Part shown: one piece after another, positions 12,501 through 24,259 of the stretch
Position numbering within the stretch: position 1 is the stretch's first letter
How the letters are laid out: the number at the start of each line of letters is the position of its first letter
Source: Antechinus flavipes
Taxonomy: Eukaryota
Direction of reading: 5' to 3'
DNA length: 64,000 nucleotides
Assembly: GCF_016432865.1 (NCBI RefSeq)
Contig: NC_067402.1
Location: forward strand, 10,540,001 to 10,604,000
The notes under the pieces: model-generated
Database searches by the model: none
Seen by the model: the letters and a program-made list of their open reading frames with translations, nothing else
Told to the model about the DNA's origin: nothing
Translations under genes and position numbers: made by a program

Positions 12501-14104
12501 TGCTAAAGTTGTTAAACATTTCAAATCACTTTTCATACTCTAAGTATAGCAATATATCATCTGAAAATTACCTCTTTTTCCTCATTGCCTATTCTAATTC
12601 CTTTTATTTATTTTTTTCTTCTCTTACTGTTAAGCTTTCTAGTATAATACTAAACAGTAGAAGTGAAAATGGGCACCCTTGCTTCCCCCTAAGTATATTG
12701 GTAGTTTTCTAGTTTATCCTTATTATTGATAATGATTACTGGTGATTTTAGATAAATAGCACTTATCATTTTAATTTAAGCTCTATTTATTCCTATGTTC
12801 TTTAGTGGTTTTAGTAGGAAAGGATGCTGTAATTTTTCATTGGGTTTTTCTGAAGCTATTTAGATAATCAAATGATTTCTGCTGGTTTTGTTATTCATAT
12901 GGTCAATTATGCTGATACTTTTCCTAATATTGAGCAAGCCCTGTTCCTGATATAAACCTCACCTAGTCATAATATATGATCCTTTTGATATATTGCTGTA
13001 ATCTCTTTCTTAATACTTTTTTCTTTTAAATTGCATCAATACCCTTTAGGGAAATTGGTCTATATGTTTTGGCTCTTCCTGGATTGGTTATCAACACCAT
13101 ATTTAAGCATAACAGAAATTTGGGAGGACCCCTTCTTCACCTATTTTGTTCCCAAATAGCTTACCTAGTATTGGGATTAATTATCCTTTAAATGTTTGAT
13201 AGAATTCACTTCTGAAACTATCTAATCCTAAGGATTTTTCCTTATGAAGTTCATTGATGGTTTATTCATTTTATTTATCTAAGATTGGATTATCTCAGCA
13301 TTTTATTTCCTCCTCTAACAGAGGACAATTTTTTGTATTTTTTTAAATTTTGGTAGGTATTCATTCATTTTATTTAGATTGTCATATTTGTTGGTATAAA
13401 ATTAGGCAAAATAGCTCCTAACAGTTGTTTTACTTTCCTCTTCATTAATGATAAATTTCACCCCTTTCATCTTTGATACAAGTAATTTGGTTCTCTTCTT
13501 TAAATTTTTAAATTACATTAATTAATGGTTTATCTATTTTGCTATTTTTGCCTCTCTTAGAATAAGTTTCTAATTTTATTTATTAGTTCAATGTTTTCTT
13601 ATTTTTATTTTAATAACCTCTCCTTTGATTTTCAAAATTCTAAATTGGCATTTAATTGAGGATTTTTTGGTTTGTTCTTTTAAAAACATTTTTAGTTCAG
13701 TCTTCAATTCATTAAGCTGTCTTTTCTCTATGTTATTGATGGAAGCAATTAGAAATATAAATTTCCCCTTAGGATGGCTGTGTTCCATAAATTTTGACAT
13801 TATGTCTCTTGTTGTCATTTTCCTTAATAAAATTATCAATTGTTTCTATAATTTGTTCTTTGACCCACTTTTTAGAATTAGATTATTTAATTTCCATTTA
13901 ACTTTTAATCTATCTTTCCATTGTTCATTATTAAATGTAATTTTGGTGCATTATTATCTGAAAGGATATTCTTACTATTTCTGGTTTTCTGCCTTTGGTT
14001 GTAAGGTTTTTAGTGTCATAATATATGGTGAGTTTTGTGTAGGTGCCATATACATCAGAGAATTTTTTTTTTGTTGTTGTCGTTTTCATTTTTGTTGTTG
14101 TTAT

Positions 14105-14227
14105 TGAGTTAATTGGGAAATGAGTGACTTGGCCAGGATTGTCTTAATCATCTGAATCCAGATTCGAACTCAGGTCATCCTAACTCCAGGACCAGTGCTC
14201 TATCCACTACAACATCTACTTGCCCCA
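14105..14227 (-). mobile_element. WSINE1-like SINE nested in L1
   Basis: 'gagtgacttggccagg...ccagattcgaactcaggtcatcctaactccaggaccagtgctctatccac...gcccc' with a T-rich tail. Confidence 0.75.
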
Positions 14228-15149
14228 AGAGGAAAAAAAAGATTCTTTTCTACTCCCATTTATTTTTTTTTCCAGAGATCTATTAAGTCTAACTTTTCCA
14301 GAATTCTATTCACCTCCTTAACTTCTTTCTTATTTATTTTTAGTTATAGTTATTTAGTTCTAAGAAAGAAAAATTGAGATTCCTCACTAGTATAATATTG
14401 TTATCTATTTCTTTCTATAACATTCAATTTCTTCAAAAATTTAGATGTTATACCATTTGGTCCAATTATGTTTAGTACGGATGTGACTCCATTGTCTAGG
14501 GTACCTTTCAAAAAGATATAATTTCTTTATTTCTTTTAATTAGGTCTATTTTTGTTTTTGTTTTGTCTGAGATAGGTTTGCTGCCCCAGTTTCTTTGCTT
14601 CAGGTAAAGCATAGTAGACTCTTCTCCAACCCTTTACCTTGTCTGTGAGTATCTTTCTGCTTCAAATGCTTTCCTTGTAAAGAACTTATTACAGTATTCT
14701 GGTTTTTAATCTATTTTGCTGTCCAATTCTGTTTTATTGATGATTTTTTTTTCCTTTGCCATTTATGGTTATGGATAACTAATCATGCATTCCCCTCCAT
14801 ATTATTTTTCTGTTACTCCTTCCTTCTTTTTTCCACCTCAAAAGTGTTTTACTTGTGATGGCACCTCCCCAATATATTGTCATTTTTATAATCCCTAATC
14901 CTTTTTTTCCTCCTGATAGGATATGACAAATTTCTATATTCAATTGCCTGTGCATGTGATTCCCTCTTTGAGCCAATTTTGATGAGTAAGGTTTAAGCTT
15001 TGTCCACCACTCTCCCTCTCCCACCTTTCCTTCCATTATAATAGCTCCTTCATGCCTACTTTTATGGGATAATTTACCCCATTCAATCTGCTCCCTCCTT
15101 CTCCCAGTGCAGTTTTCTTCTCACTCCTTTATTTTGTCTTTGGGGAGTT

Positions 15150-16125
15150 TGTTTCTTGTCCTTTGGTCTTGATGAGAGCCAACATGATGTGACTATGTTG
15201 GAGTCAATGTACAGTGGTTCACTGGGGCTGATCAGACCAGTATGAGCTCAGAATGCTGTGCCACAGTTCAGGTATAAATAATCTACATGAATATTTAGGG
15301 TAGATTCTCTAACTTTGTGTATCTTACATTTATACCAAGCTACTTTGTTGGTAGAGCCCAGCACCTTCTCCGATGAGGTTATATATCATGCCGAGTAGTG
15401 GTCTTATGTCTGTGTTTCCCGTGTCATGCAGTCAATTCTAAAGTTCTTAAGAGAAATCTTGAGAGTGTCATTTTATTACTTTTTTGATCACTTTGTGAAC
15501 TCTGTGTTTCTCCCTAAAATAGATTCTTTGGCAAGTGTACGTTTGGCATTTAAATAATGTGGCCAGCTCTATGGAATTACCGTCTCTGCAGTTTGAATGT
15601 TTGGCAGTTTAGCTCTAAAAAGGACTGTAGTGTCCAGTATCTTATTCTGCCAGGTGATTGTCAGGATCTTCCATTCAATTGGAAGCAAGTCCATTTCTTG
15701 GTGTGGTGCTGGTAGATTGTCTATGTTTCACAGTCATGCAGCAACGAGCTCAGCACAACAGCTCCGTAGACCTTCAGTTTTACATCAGTTGAATACCTTT
15801 TCTTTTACACTTTCTATCTGAGCCTCCCAAACACTGAACTAGCTGTAGCAATGTATGTGTCAACCTTATTATCAATGCATACATCCCTGGAAAATATGCT
15901 CCCAAAGTATCCAAAACATTCAAAATATCTTCATTTGCGATAACTAGCATTTTTACATATAGATGACATAGTGCTGGCTGTTGGGAGTGTTGAATTTTCT
16001 TGGTATTAAAAGACCTGTGCTAAAATTAGCACAAACAGCAGAGAATTGAGCCATATTTTGTAGCATCTCAACTTCTGAAGTTGCACTGAATATACATCAT
16101 AGTTTGGATATCATGCCATCAGTAT
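15150..16125 (-). mobile_element. RTE-clade LINE 3' fragment (not BovB-type) nested in L1
   Basis: Minus-strand translation resembles RTE RT C-terminus motifs (KVYRAVVLSSLL..CET; RAGHI..MPNVHLPK; DD.ALNATSEVEM), with frameshifts. Confidence 0.82.
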
Positions 16126-17240
16126 TACCTTATATACCTTCTGTCTATATATAATCTTTCTAATTGCTCTTGTACTACTGATATTGATAAGAGTTAAGCT
16201 ATCCTCTTGTCATATAGAAATGTAAATAGTTTCATCTTATTGAATTTTTATGTTTTCTCTTATTGTTTCTTTTTTTACCTTTTTATGTTTCCCTTGTCTC
16301 ATTTTTTAATGAGGTCATTTTTTTAAAAATTCAGCTCTGGTGTTTTAATTAAAAATTCTTGAAAGCTCTCTATTTTGTTAAATATACACTTTTCCTCTGA
16401 AAGATTATATTTAATTTTAATTTTGTTAAATAGATGATTGTAATCCTAACTCTTTTGATTTATGTGAAAGTTGCTAAGTCCTGTGTAATCCTGACTGTTG
16501 CTCCACAATATCTGAATTGTTTCTTTTCCACTGATAATAATACTTGTTCCTTGATCCAAGATCTCAAGGATTCGACTATGATCTTCAGGGAAGTTTTCCT
16601 TTTGATTTTTTTTTCAAGCAGTGATAGGTAAATTGTTTCAATTTCTATTTTGACCTCTGGTTCTAATATGTCAGGATGGTTTTCTTTGAAATTTTTTTGA
16701 AAGAGATAGTCCAGGCTTTTCTTTTCTTTTCTTTTCTTCTTATTCTTTTTATTTTTTTAAACCAAGGCTTTCATGTAGTTAAATAATTCTTATATTATCA
16801 CTATTGGATCTAGTTTCTAAGTCATTTGCTTTTTCCAATAAGAAATTCCATTTTCTTTTATTTTTTTTTATTTTGTTTTATCACATCTTGATATCTCATA
16901 GAGTCATCAGTTTCCACTTCTTCAGTTCTAATTTTTAATGAGTTATTTTCTTCAGTGAGCTTCTCTATTTCCTTGTCAGTTTGACCAAGTCTATTTGGGG
17001 GATTATTTTCCTCAATATTTTTTGTATATTTTTTCACATGATACTGACTCTTTTTGATTCTCTTGTATTACTATTATTACTATCATTTCTTTTCCACATT
17101 TTTTCTACTCCTTCCATTTACTTTAAAAAAAAGTCATTTTACTGATCTTCAAGCAATTTTTTCCTTTGAGGCTTTATGTGTAGCCATTTTGACAACTATT
17201 ATTCTCATATGCCTTTATCCTCCCTATCATCATAGTGACT

Positions 17241-17424
17241 NNNNNNNNNNNNNNNNNNNNNNNNNNNNNNNNNNNNNNNNNNNNNNNNNNNNNNNNNNNN
17301 NNNNNNNNNNNNNNNNNNNNNNNNNNNNNNNNNNNNNNNNNNNNNNNNNNNNNNNNNNNNNNNNNNNNNNNNNNNNNNNNNNNNNNNNNNNNNNNNNNNN
17401 NNNNNNNNNNNNNNNNNNNNNNNN
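17241..17424. other. Assembly gap (184 N)
   Basis: N run. Confidence 1.
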
Positions 17425-18447
17425 TAAGAGTTGACTTTTGGTCCTGCAGTGTTCTAAACTCTTTGTGTTGGAAGTTTCACTGCTGACTTTTACTAGTTTT
17501 CACTGTTTTCTCTGGAGGTTAGGCTTCCCTTCTGGCTTGTACTGAGAGGTGGGACCTCCTTGTTGTTCTCCTTTGGGTGTGATTTTTGGTCCTGGCCTGC
17601 TTACTAGTAAGTTTCTCAACTTATTGTTGGTTTGCTATGGAAACAGAGTCTCTCTGCTGGTAGGCTCAAAGCTCACCCAAGTTTGAGGTTACACTGGTCA
17701 GCAATGGGATCATGGCCTGGCTGCTGGTGGTTTGTGCTGGGGGCACAGTCACTGGGGTGGTGCTTTGCTTCACTGTAAGACTGTTGGTTTCCTTAGGGGG
17801 CTACTGGTTTGCAGGAAGGCAGGGACTCAATGGTGGATTGCCTCAGGCTTGGAACTTTGCTACAGGCTCCTTACTGTGACTCTTGCTACTGCTGTTGCTA
17901 CTCTTGGACTTCACTCCCATGCATCCCCAATGGGACAAACCTTTCCTACTCGACAGGTCAGCTGCTACTCTGATCTTAGATCAATTTTGATATGTTTTCT
18001 GGCTGTTTGGAAGAAAATTGGAAGGCCTTTGGAAGGTCTCTTTCTCTACCATCGTTGCACCAGAAGTCCACAATTATTAAAAAGATGCTCCCTTTCCCAT
18101 TAGGGACATTCAAAAGGAACTACAGCTTTCTCAAAATAAATCCATATATGGAAATTTTAGACACTCAGATTCTGAGCCTCTCCAGTGCTCAAAGCCTCTT
18201 TGACTCTTAGTCCTGAGGCTCTTCTCTGCTAAAGGGGATCCTGGGTTCAAGAAATGAACATTGCCACATACAATTGTATTTAGTTTATATGCCACAAAGC
18301 AAATCCTGAGATAATTGAGGCATTCTACTATCAAATACCCATCACCCTTCAAAAACTTTTCCATCTGGCTTTTCCTTTCAAAAGTTTTGTTGGTTATTTA
18401 TTTTGTTTTATTTTAAATCGAGGTGTGTCCTCTGAATCTTTCCTATA

Positions 18448-18626
18448 TCAAGAGTTTTTAACTTTGGGTCCAAACTTATTTTTTAAATATATTTTGATAA
18501 CTGATTTCAACATAATTTGATTTTGACTGTGTTCTTGTTTAGTTTATTTTACTCATTTAAAAATATTATTCTGAGAAGTATTTCATATGCCTTAAGAGAC
18601 TAGACTGCTAAAAGGTGAAGAACTCT
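18448..18626 (-). mobile_element. hAT-Charlie (MER5-like) MITE
   Basis: 'caagagtttttaactttgggtcca...ttgataactgatttcaac...catttaaaaatattattctgagaag...aaaaggtgaagaactct'. Confidence 0.65.
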
Positions 18627-20449
18627 CTCCTACAGGAATCTGATGGATTCTAAGCTTAAAAAGTTCAATAAAATAATAAACTCCTAGAATCTAAGAGTTG
18701 AAAGGAACCTAACAGGCCATCTTGGTAGTTTAATCCTATTTCAAAAATATGATTCCTACCTACACTGTCCCTGATAGTGGTCATCAATGGACCCTTTACT
18801 GAAGAAGGTTGAACTCAGCATTTTTTTTTAACCTGAGGACTGACCACATCAGGGCCTTTCCCTTTATATCATTTAGTTTTAAAATTCCATCCAGTGTGGA
18901 TATGCATAAAACAAGTGAAATTTACCTCTTTTTAAGTAAAAGAAAGCCTTCTCTGGGAAACAGGACAGTCCTTTCTGAGACACTTTTTTTCATCTCTGCT
19001 TTTTTTCATTTATCCAGTGATTCCAGTCCTACCCTTGCAAAACACAAAACACTAATTGGCTTGTTTTTCTCCTTTATCATCAGTTATATTTTAAGAAAAG
19101 TTTCCGTGTTTTGTGGGGAGGTGAGGGTGAGTTTTAATGACCTGTTTTCTATTTTTTTTTCCTTCCAGTTTAATTGAAGGGAAAACATATTTCTGGAAAG
19201 GACTTTTGCAAAGGAATTACATTCAAGGAGAAAGATCTAATAACCTCATTAAGTTCTATGCCCCCCAGCTTCATATCCAGGCATTAAAATGACAAGCAAA
19301 CAGACGTTCATTTCTCAGGCTGAAAAAGCCAGTTCTTGTGGGTTTGTTTGCCTCTTGTGCACAGCATTGGCTCCCTGATGAGCTCCCAGGTCTCTGAGCC
19401 CAGCCCATGTAAACGCACCATCTCCGGACTTCATCCCCTCCTTGTCACAAATAGATCAAACAACGCAGGAAGGGTTGGCAATGAATAATTCTTCAAACAG
19501 GTCTGGTACTTTTTTGGCTCACTGGGAACTGTTATTATTGGAATTCTTACAATTTTATGGAATTCGATGGGACCCTACAATTTCCTTGAGTGTAGGATTT
19601 CTTCTTTCCTGTGTTTTTGTACCACAAAACCAAGTTTCAAAGCGTACACACTCTTCCCCCGGCAAGTCTGCGAAGGGCCTCAGCAAATTCCTAATCTAAT
19701 TAACATCCTTAACAATCCAGACAATAAATTGACTTCAACTGCTCTGGAAGCCCAATGAGTGTCACCTTGTTAAGTCCCTTTCCAAGACTGTAAGCAAATC
19801 AAAGGAGAAGGCCTAAGGTCACTGCACATGTTGGCTGCTCTCTCCAAAGCAAGAGCTTGATTGCTTTACCAACTGCTCATTTGGGCTGTTTTTTTTTTTT
19901 TTTCTCCTTGTTTGCCTTTCAGCTTCCAGAAGGGGACCCCTTGGAGGACATGGATTCATTCTTTGGCCTCTCATTTTGCATCCTCTGCAAAAGTTTTGGA
20001 AGCAAGTTAATAGACTCAAAGTAAATTGTGATTGATTCCAAGGATGTGATGGGCAAGTTTGGGGGGAGAAAAATTGATGTTCAGGAGAGAGACCACACTG
20101 GTGTCTTTCTCACTAGAGCAGACGTCTTTTACTTCCAATGGTCTTTCTTATCCTTAGCTTCTGTCGATCTCGTTCTGAAAAGGAGCCTTGACTCATTTAC
20201 CTGTTGGAAATGAAAACAAAACTGGAACTGGATTTTAGCCATTCTGGAGTGAGGCCATGGCACTTCTCCAAAATCATAGGATGGCATCCTCATTAGCAAC
20301 CATTAGTACAGTATGATTTGATTTTCAAAATTTACCTTTTTGTTAGCTACAAGAAGATGCAAATGTCAGTTACCAGGAATCAGTTTATCCAGATGTTATC
20401 TAAATGAAAGTAGGGCTGGGAGAACTGGGAAAGGGAAGGAGCAGCAAAG

Positions 20450-20750
20450 GAAATAAACTTAAGTACCTACTATGTACCAAGCACTATGCCAAGAGCTTTA
20501 AAATATTATCCCAACTGATCCTCGCAATGACTCTGGAAAGTAGGTGCTATTGTTATCCTCAGTTTATCAATGAGGAAATGGAAGCAGACAGAAGTTAAGT
20601 GACTGACCAAGGTCACACAGCTGAGAAGTATCCAAAACTGGATTTGAATTTAGCACTTCTTGAATTTGGGTCAAAGGATTTATCCATAGAGTCAATAAGC
20701 TGTCTAAGAGCTTCAATTTTGTGCTTCAAATCCAGTGCCCTACCATACTG
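20450..20750 (-). mobile_element. MIR SINE
   Basis: 'tactatgtaccaagcactatgccaagagcttt...cctcagtttatcaatgaggaaatggaagcagacagaagttaagtgact...aaggtcacacagctg'. Confidence 0.75.
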
Positions 20751-22014
20751 TGATGACAAAATCTTAAAAAGTCTCAGACTCTCTGTCCAATGTCTTTTGT
20801 CCACTTCCATAATTCCTGTCATAAGGGATAAAATTAATTCAAGCACAAACATTTGTTAAGTGTTTGCTTTGTGCCAGGCACTGTAAAGAAGCGGTCCTTG
20901 ACCTCAATGAGCTAATGTTCTATTAGAAGGAATCTCTGCCTCAACAGATCTCTGGGATCTCTGGGAAACTCTGAAATTTTTAAACCCAAACTGAATTATG
21001 ATACAATGAAGATCAGTGAATACTGGGAGCAGAAGGCAAATGAAATCAATAAGACCTTTGTTTGGTTTCACACCAATCAAACATCACTCTGACTGACTCC
21101 TTTTCAACACTTTGTTTTGACATTATTGGGACAGAGGCTCAGGGAGCTGCGTTGCTTGAGAAATAAGGCCTCCATCCAGATCCCTGATTCTCAGATGTAA
21201 ATACCATTTGATATTACAGCTTTTGTTATGGTAGATTCAAAGAGAGAATACTTTCCAAGGAAGGTAAGTCCAGGCCTTCTTCTCATTTCAAGTCAGGCTG
21301 ATGTAACCTGGGAATTAGTCAGTTAATAGTGGCTAAATACTTTTAATGACTGACAACCTATCTTCAAAATAGAACATAAGAAAAAAAATAGAAAAAAAAA
21401 AAGCATTTTCATGAAGTATCTTGGATAACAGGATGAAGCTTGCAAGGAGTCTCCAGTTTAACATGGGAATGTCAGCCAAAAGGCAGACCACCAAACAATC
21501 CAGTAGAGAATTTTGCCAGGGTAATTTTATAGGTCTTTAAAAATGGGGGTTACCTTTTGGGGTTAGGGCTGAGAGCTAGGACCTTCAGAGACTGTGCTGT
21601 ACAGATGACTTCTATTAGTTTATAATGACAGGAATGGGACTCCTACCATGGGGGTTATCAGTCGTCTGCAACTGCAAGAGACAGATCCCGATTTTCTCTT
21701 AGGATCTCTTGCTAAATATTATCTGTAGGGCTCAACCTGGAGAGTCTGGCCACCTCTTAGAGGAAAGAGAAACCACAAGTTTCCTTTGGAGTCATACCAG
21801 GAGTATGATCTAAAGGAAATAAAGAATAATGATAGATTTAAAGTTTGCGAGGTTGTTTCACTTGAGCCTCCCAATAAGCTAGAAAGGCAGATGTTAATGA
21901 GCTATACCCATTTTTTCAGATAAGGAAACTGTAGTTCAGAAAAGAAGTGACTTACCCAGTATCATGCAACTGACATAGATCAGAGTGAATATTTCAAGCC
22001 AGGTCCCTTTAATT

Positions 22015-22200
22015 GTCATTCAGTCATATCTGATTCTTTGTGACATCTTTGGGATTTTCTTAATGGAAGTACTGGAGTGGTTTTCCATTTGTCTCTCCAG
22101 CTCATATTACAGATGAGGAAACTGAAGCAAATCAGGTAAGTGACTTGGCCAGAGTCACACAGCTAGTTTAGTATTTGGGACCAGATTTGAACACAGCAAG
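22015..22200 (-). mobile_element. Mar1-type CORE-SINE
   Basis: 'gtcattcagtcatatctgattctttgtgac...gtactggagtggttttccattt...ttacagatgaggaaactgaagca'. Confidence 0.75.
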
Positions 22201-22911
22201 AGGATTTCTATGTGTTATGCTGCTATCTATCTATTCCCCTATCTTCCACATTATGCTATACTGACTTTCAGTCACTATTATTTCTCTGGTGCCTGAAACT
22301 CTATTATCACAAATTCATTCTTTTTGAGTAAGATGTGGATGTTTTGGGAATTTTCTATTAAAAGGAAAATGGCCCCAGGAGAACTAAGTTGTTTTATTAT
22401 TTGCCATGAATATATAAGCACAGATAAATTGATCATATTGTCTTTCTGGCTGTATCATTTGCTAGAACAGATAAGTTTTGATGAGGAAAAGGAAAGTGGA
22501 AGAAAGGGTAGGTTTGAAACATGGGGGAATTGTCCCTTTCATGTGTTCCTTTCTCATTTTTACATTTGTAAGTAAAAATTATTCATATAGAATAGAAGAG
22601 TTATATCCCTGTAAACTAAAATTGGTTCATCAATTTAATTTGTTTTATCTTGCTTGAATTCTAGGTCATTAAATATATATTTTTTGAATATTCAAGTAAC
22701 TCTTAATTTAGAAATAATCAGAAGGCAAGACAAAATCATTTTATTTAAGACACTATTACTTAATATTCAGTGCTTAGTGTAGATGAATTCTTCATTGAAA
22801 TCCTGCTCTAGGATCCCACAGAAACAGTGAGGTCACCTGAGTCATTGACAATAGTACTGGTCATACCAAATGGGTGTGAGCCTATGGATGGAGCAACATT
22901 TCTCTGTCCCA

Positions 22912-23760
22912 CACTGATACATTGTTGGTGGAATTGTGAACACATCTAGCCATTCTGGAGAGCAATTTGGAACTATGCTCAAAAAGTTATCAAATTGTGC
23001 ATACCCTTTGATCCAGCAGTGATTCTACTGGGTTTATATCCCAAAGAAATACTAAAGAAGGGAAAGGGGCCTGTATGTGCCAAAATGTTTGTGGCAGCCC
23101 TGTTTGTAGTGGTTAGAAGCTGGAAAATGAATTGATGCCCATCCATTGGAGAATGGCTGGGTAAATTGTGGTATATGAATATTATGGAATATTATTGTTC
23201 TGTAAGAAATGACCAGCAGGATGAATACAGAGAGGCTTGGAGAGACTTACATGAACTGATGCAAAGTGAAATGAGCAGAACCAGGAGATCATTATATACT
23301 TCGACAACGATATTGTATGAGGATGTATTCTGATGGAAGTGGATCTCTTCAACAAAGAGAAGATCTAACTCAGTTTCAATTGATCAAAGATGGACAGAAG
23401 CAGCTATACCCAGAGAAAGAACACTGGGAAATCAATGTAAACTGCTTGCATTTTTGTTTTTCTTCCTGGGTTATTTCTTTCTTCTGAATCCAATTCTCCC
23501 TATGCAACAAGAGAACTGTTTGGTTCTGAAGACATAGATTGTATCTAGGATATACTGTAACCTATTCAACATGTAAAGGAATGCTTGCCATCTGGGGGAG
23601 GGGGTGGAGGGAGGGAGGGGAAAAATTGGAACAGAAGTGAGTGCAAGGGATAATGTTGTAAAAAATTATCCTGGCATGGGTTCTGTCAATAAAAAGTTAT
23701 GAAAAAAAAAGTAACTAAAAACAAAACAAAACAAAACAAAACAAAATCAAAAAAAAAAAA
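22912..23760 (+). mobile_element. Young 5'-truncated L1 with poly(A)/(CAAAA)n tail and perfect 14-bp TSD
   Basis: TSD ATTTCTCTGTCCCA at 22898-22911 and 23761-23774; ORF2 C-terminus plus marsupial L1 3' UTR; A-rich tail. Confidence 0.93.
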
Positions 23761-23789
23761 ATTTCTCTGTCCCAGTGCTGGCTATTCTT

Positions 23790-24255
23790 CTCTTCTTCCT
23801 CCATACTATCTCACTTGGTAATCTCATGGATGCAATTATCTCTTATGGATTCAATTATTTTTTTCTATGTAAGTGATTCTCAGATCCATTTGTCCAGTCC
23901 TCTCTCAGTCTCACTTTTCCAATTATCTGTTAAACAACACAACTGGATATCTCATAGATATTTTAAAATCAAATATCCAAGATCAAAGTCATTATCTTTC
24001 TCCTCAAAATATCCCCTTGGCTAAACTTTCCTGTTACTGTTGAAGGCTTTGACAACCCCAATTCCTCACCTCCTCTCCTCTCCAGTTGCTAAGAATTGTT
24101 GATTTTTACCTTATAACAACTTTCATATATACCCCTTTCTTTTAAATAATAGGTTACCACCACTTCTTATCTCAGGCCTAGACTATTGCCCAAGTCTATG
24201 CATTAGCCTCAAGTGCCTCAAGTCTTTTTCCACTTCATTCTCCACTCAGCTATCA
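23790..24255 (+). mobile_element. L2 LINE fragment (RT C-terminal region)
   Basis: 'atgtaagtgattctcagatccattt...actggatatctcatagatattttaaaatcaaatatcc...gactattgc' fits L2 ORF2. Confidence 0.6.
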
Positions 24256-24259
24256 AATT

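Larger units (their letters stand above)
10590..18070 (-). mobile_element. Old, nearly full-length marsupial L1 interrupted by a SINE, an RTE and an N-gap
   Basis: T-rich antisense 3' UTR from ~10590, decayed ORF2 through ~14050 and 14270-15150, ORF1 motif NDLETRSNSDNIRII on minus near 16780-16830, and a GC-richer 5' UTR at 17425-18070. Confidence 0.8.

Noticed and set aside
13588-14107. 160-aa and 83-aa ORFs
   Set aside because: Lie within the decayed L1; antisense or frameshifted remnants, not host genes.
19375-19405. CTGATGA-GCTC...GAGC resembling a hammerhead ribozyme core and stem II
   Set aside because: The obligatory GAAA after stem II is absent (CCAG instead), and no stem I/III with a cleavage triplet is visible. 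The same applies to CTGATGAG at ~45865 and ~46585.
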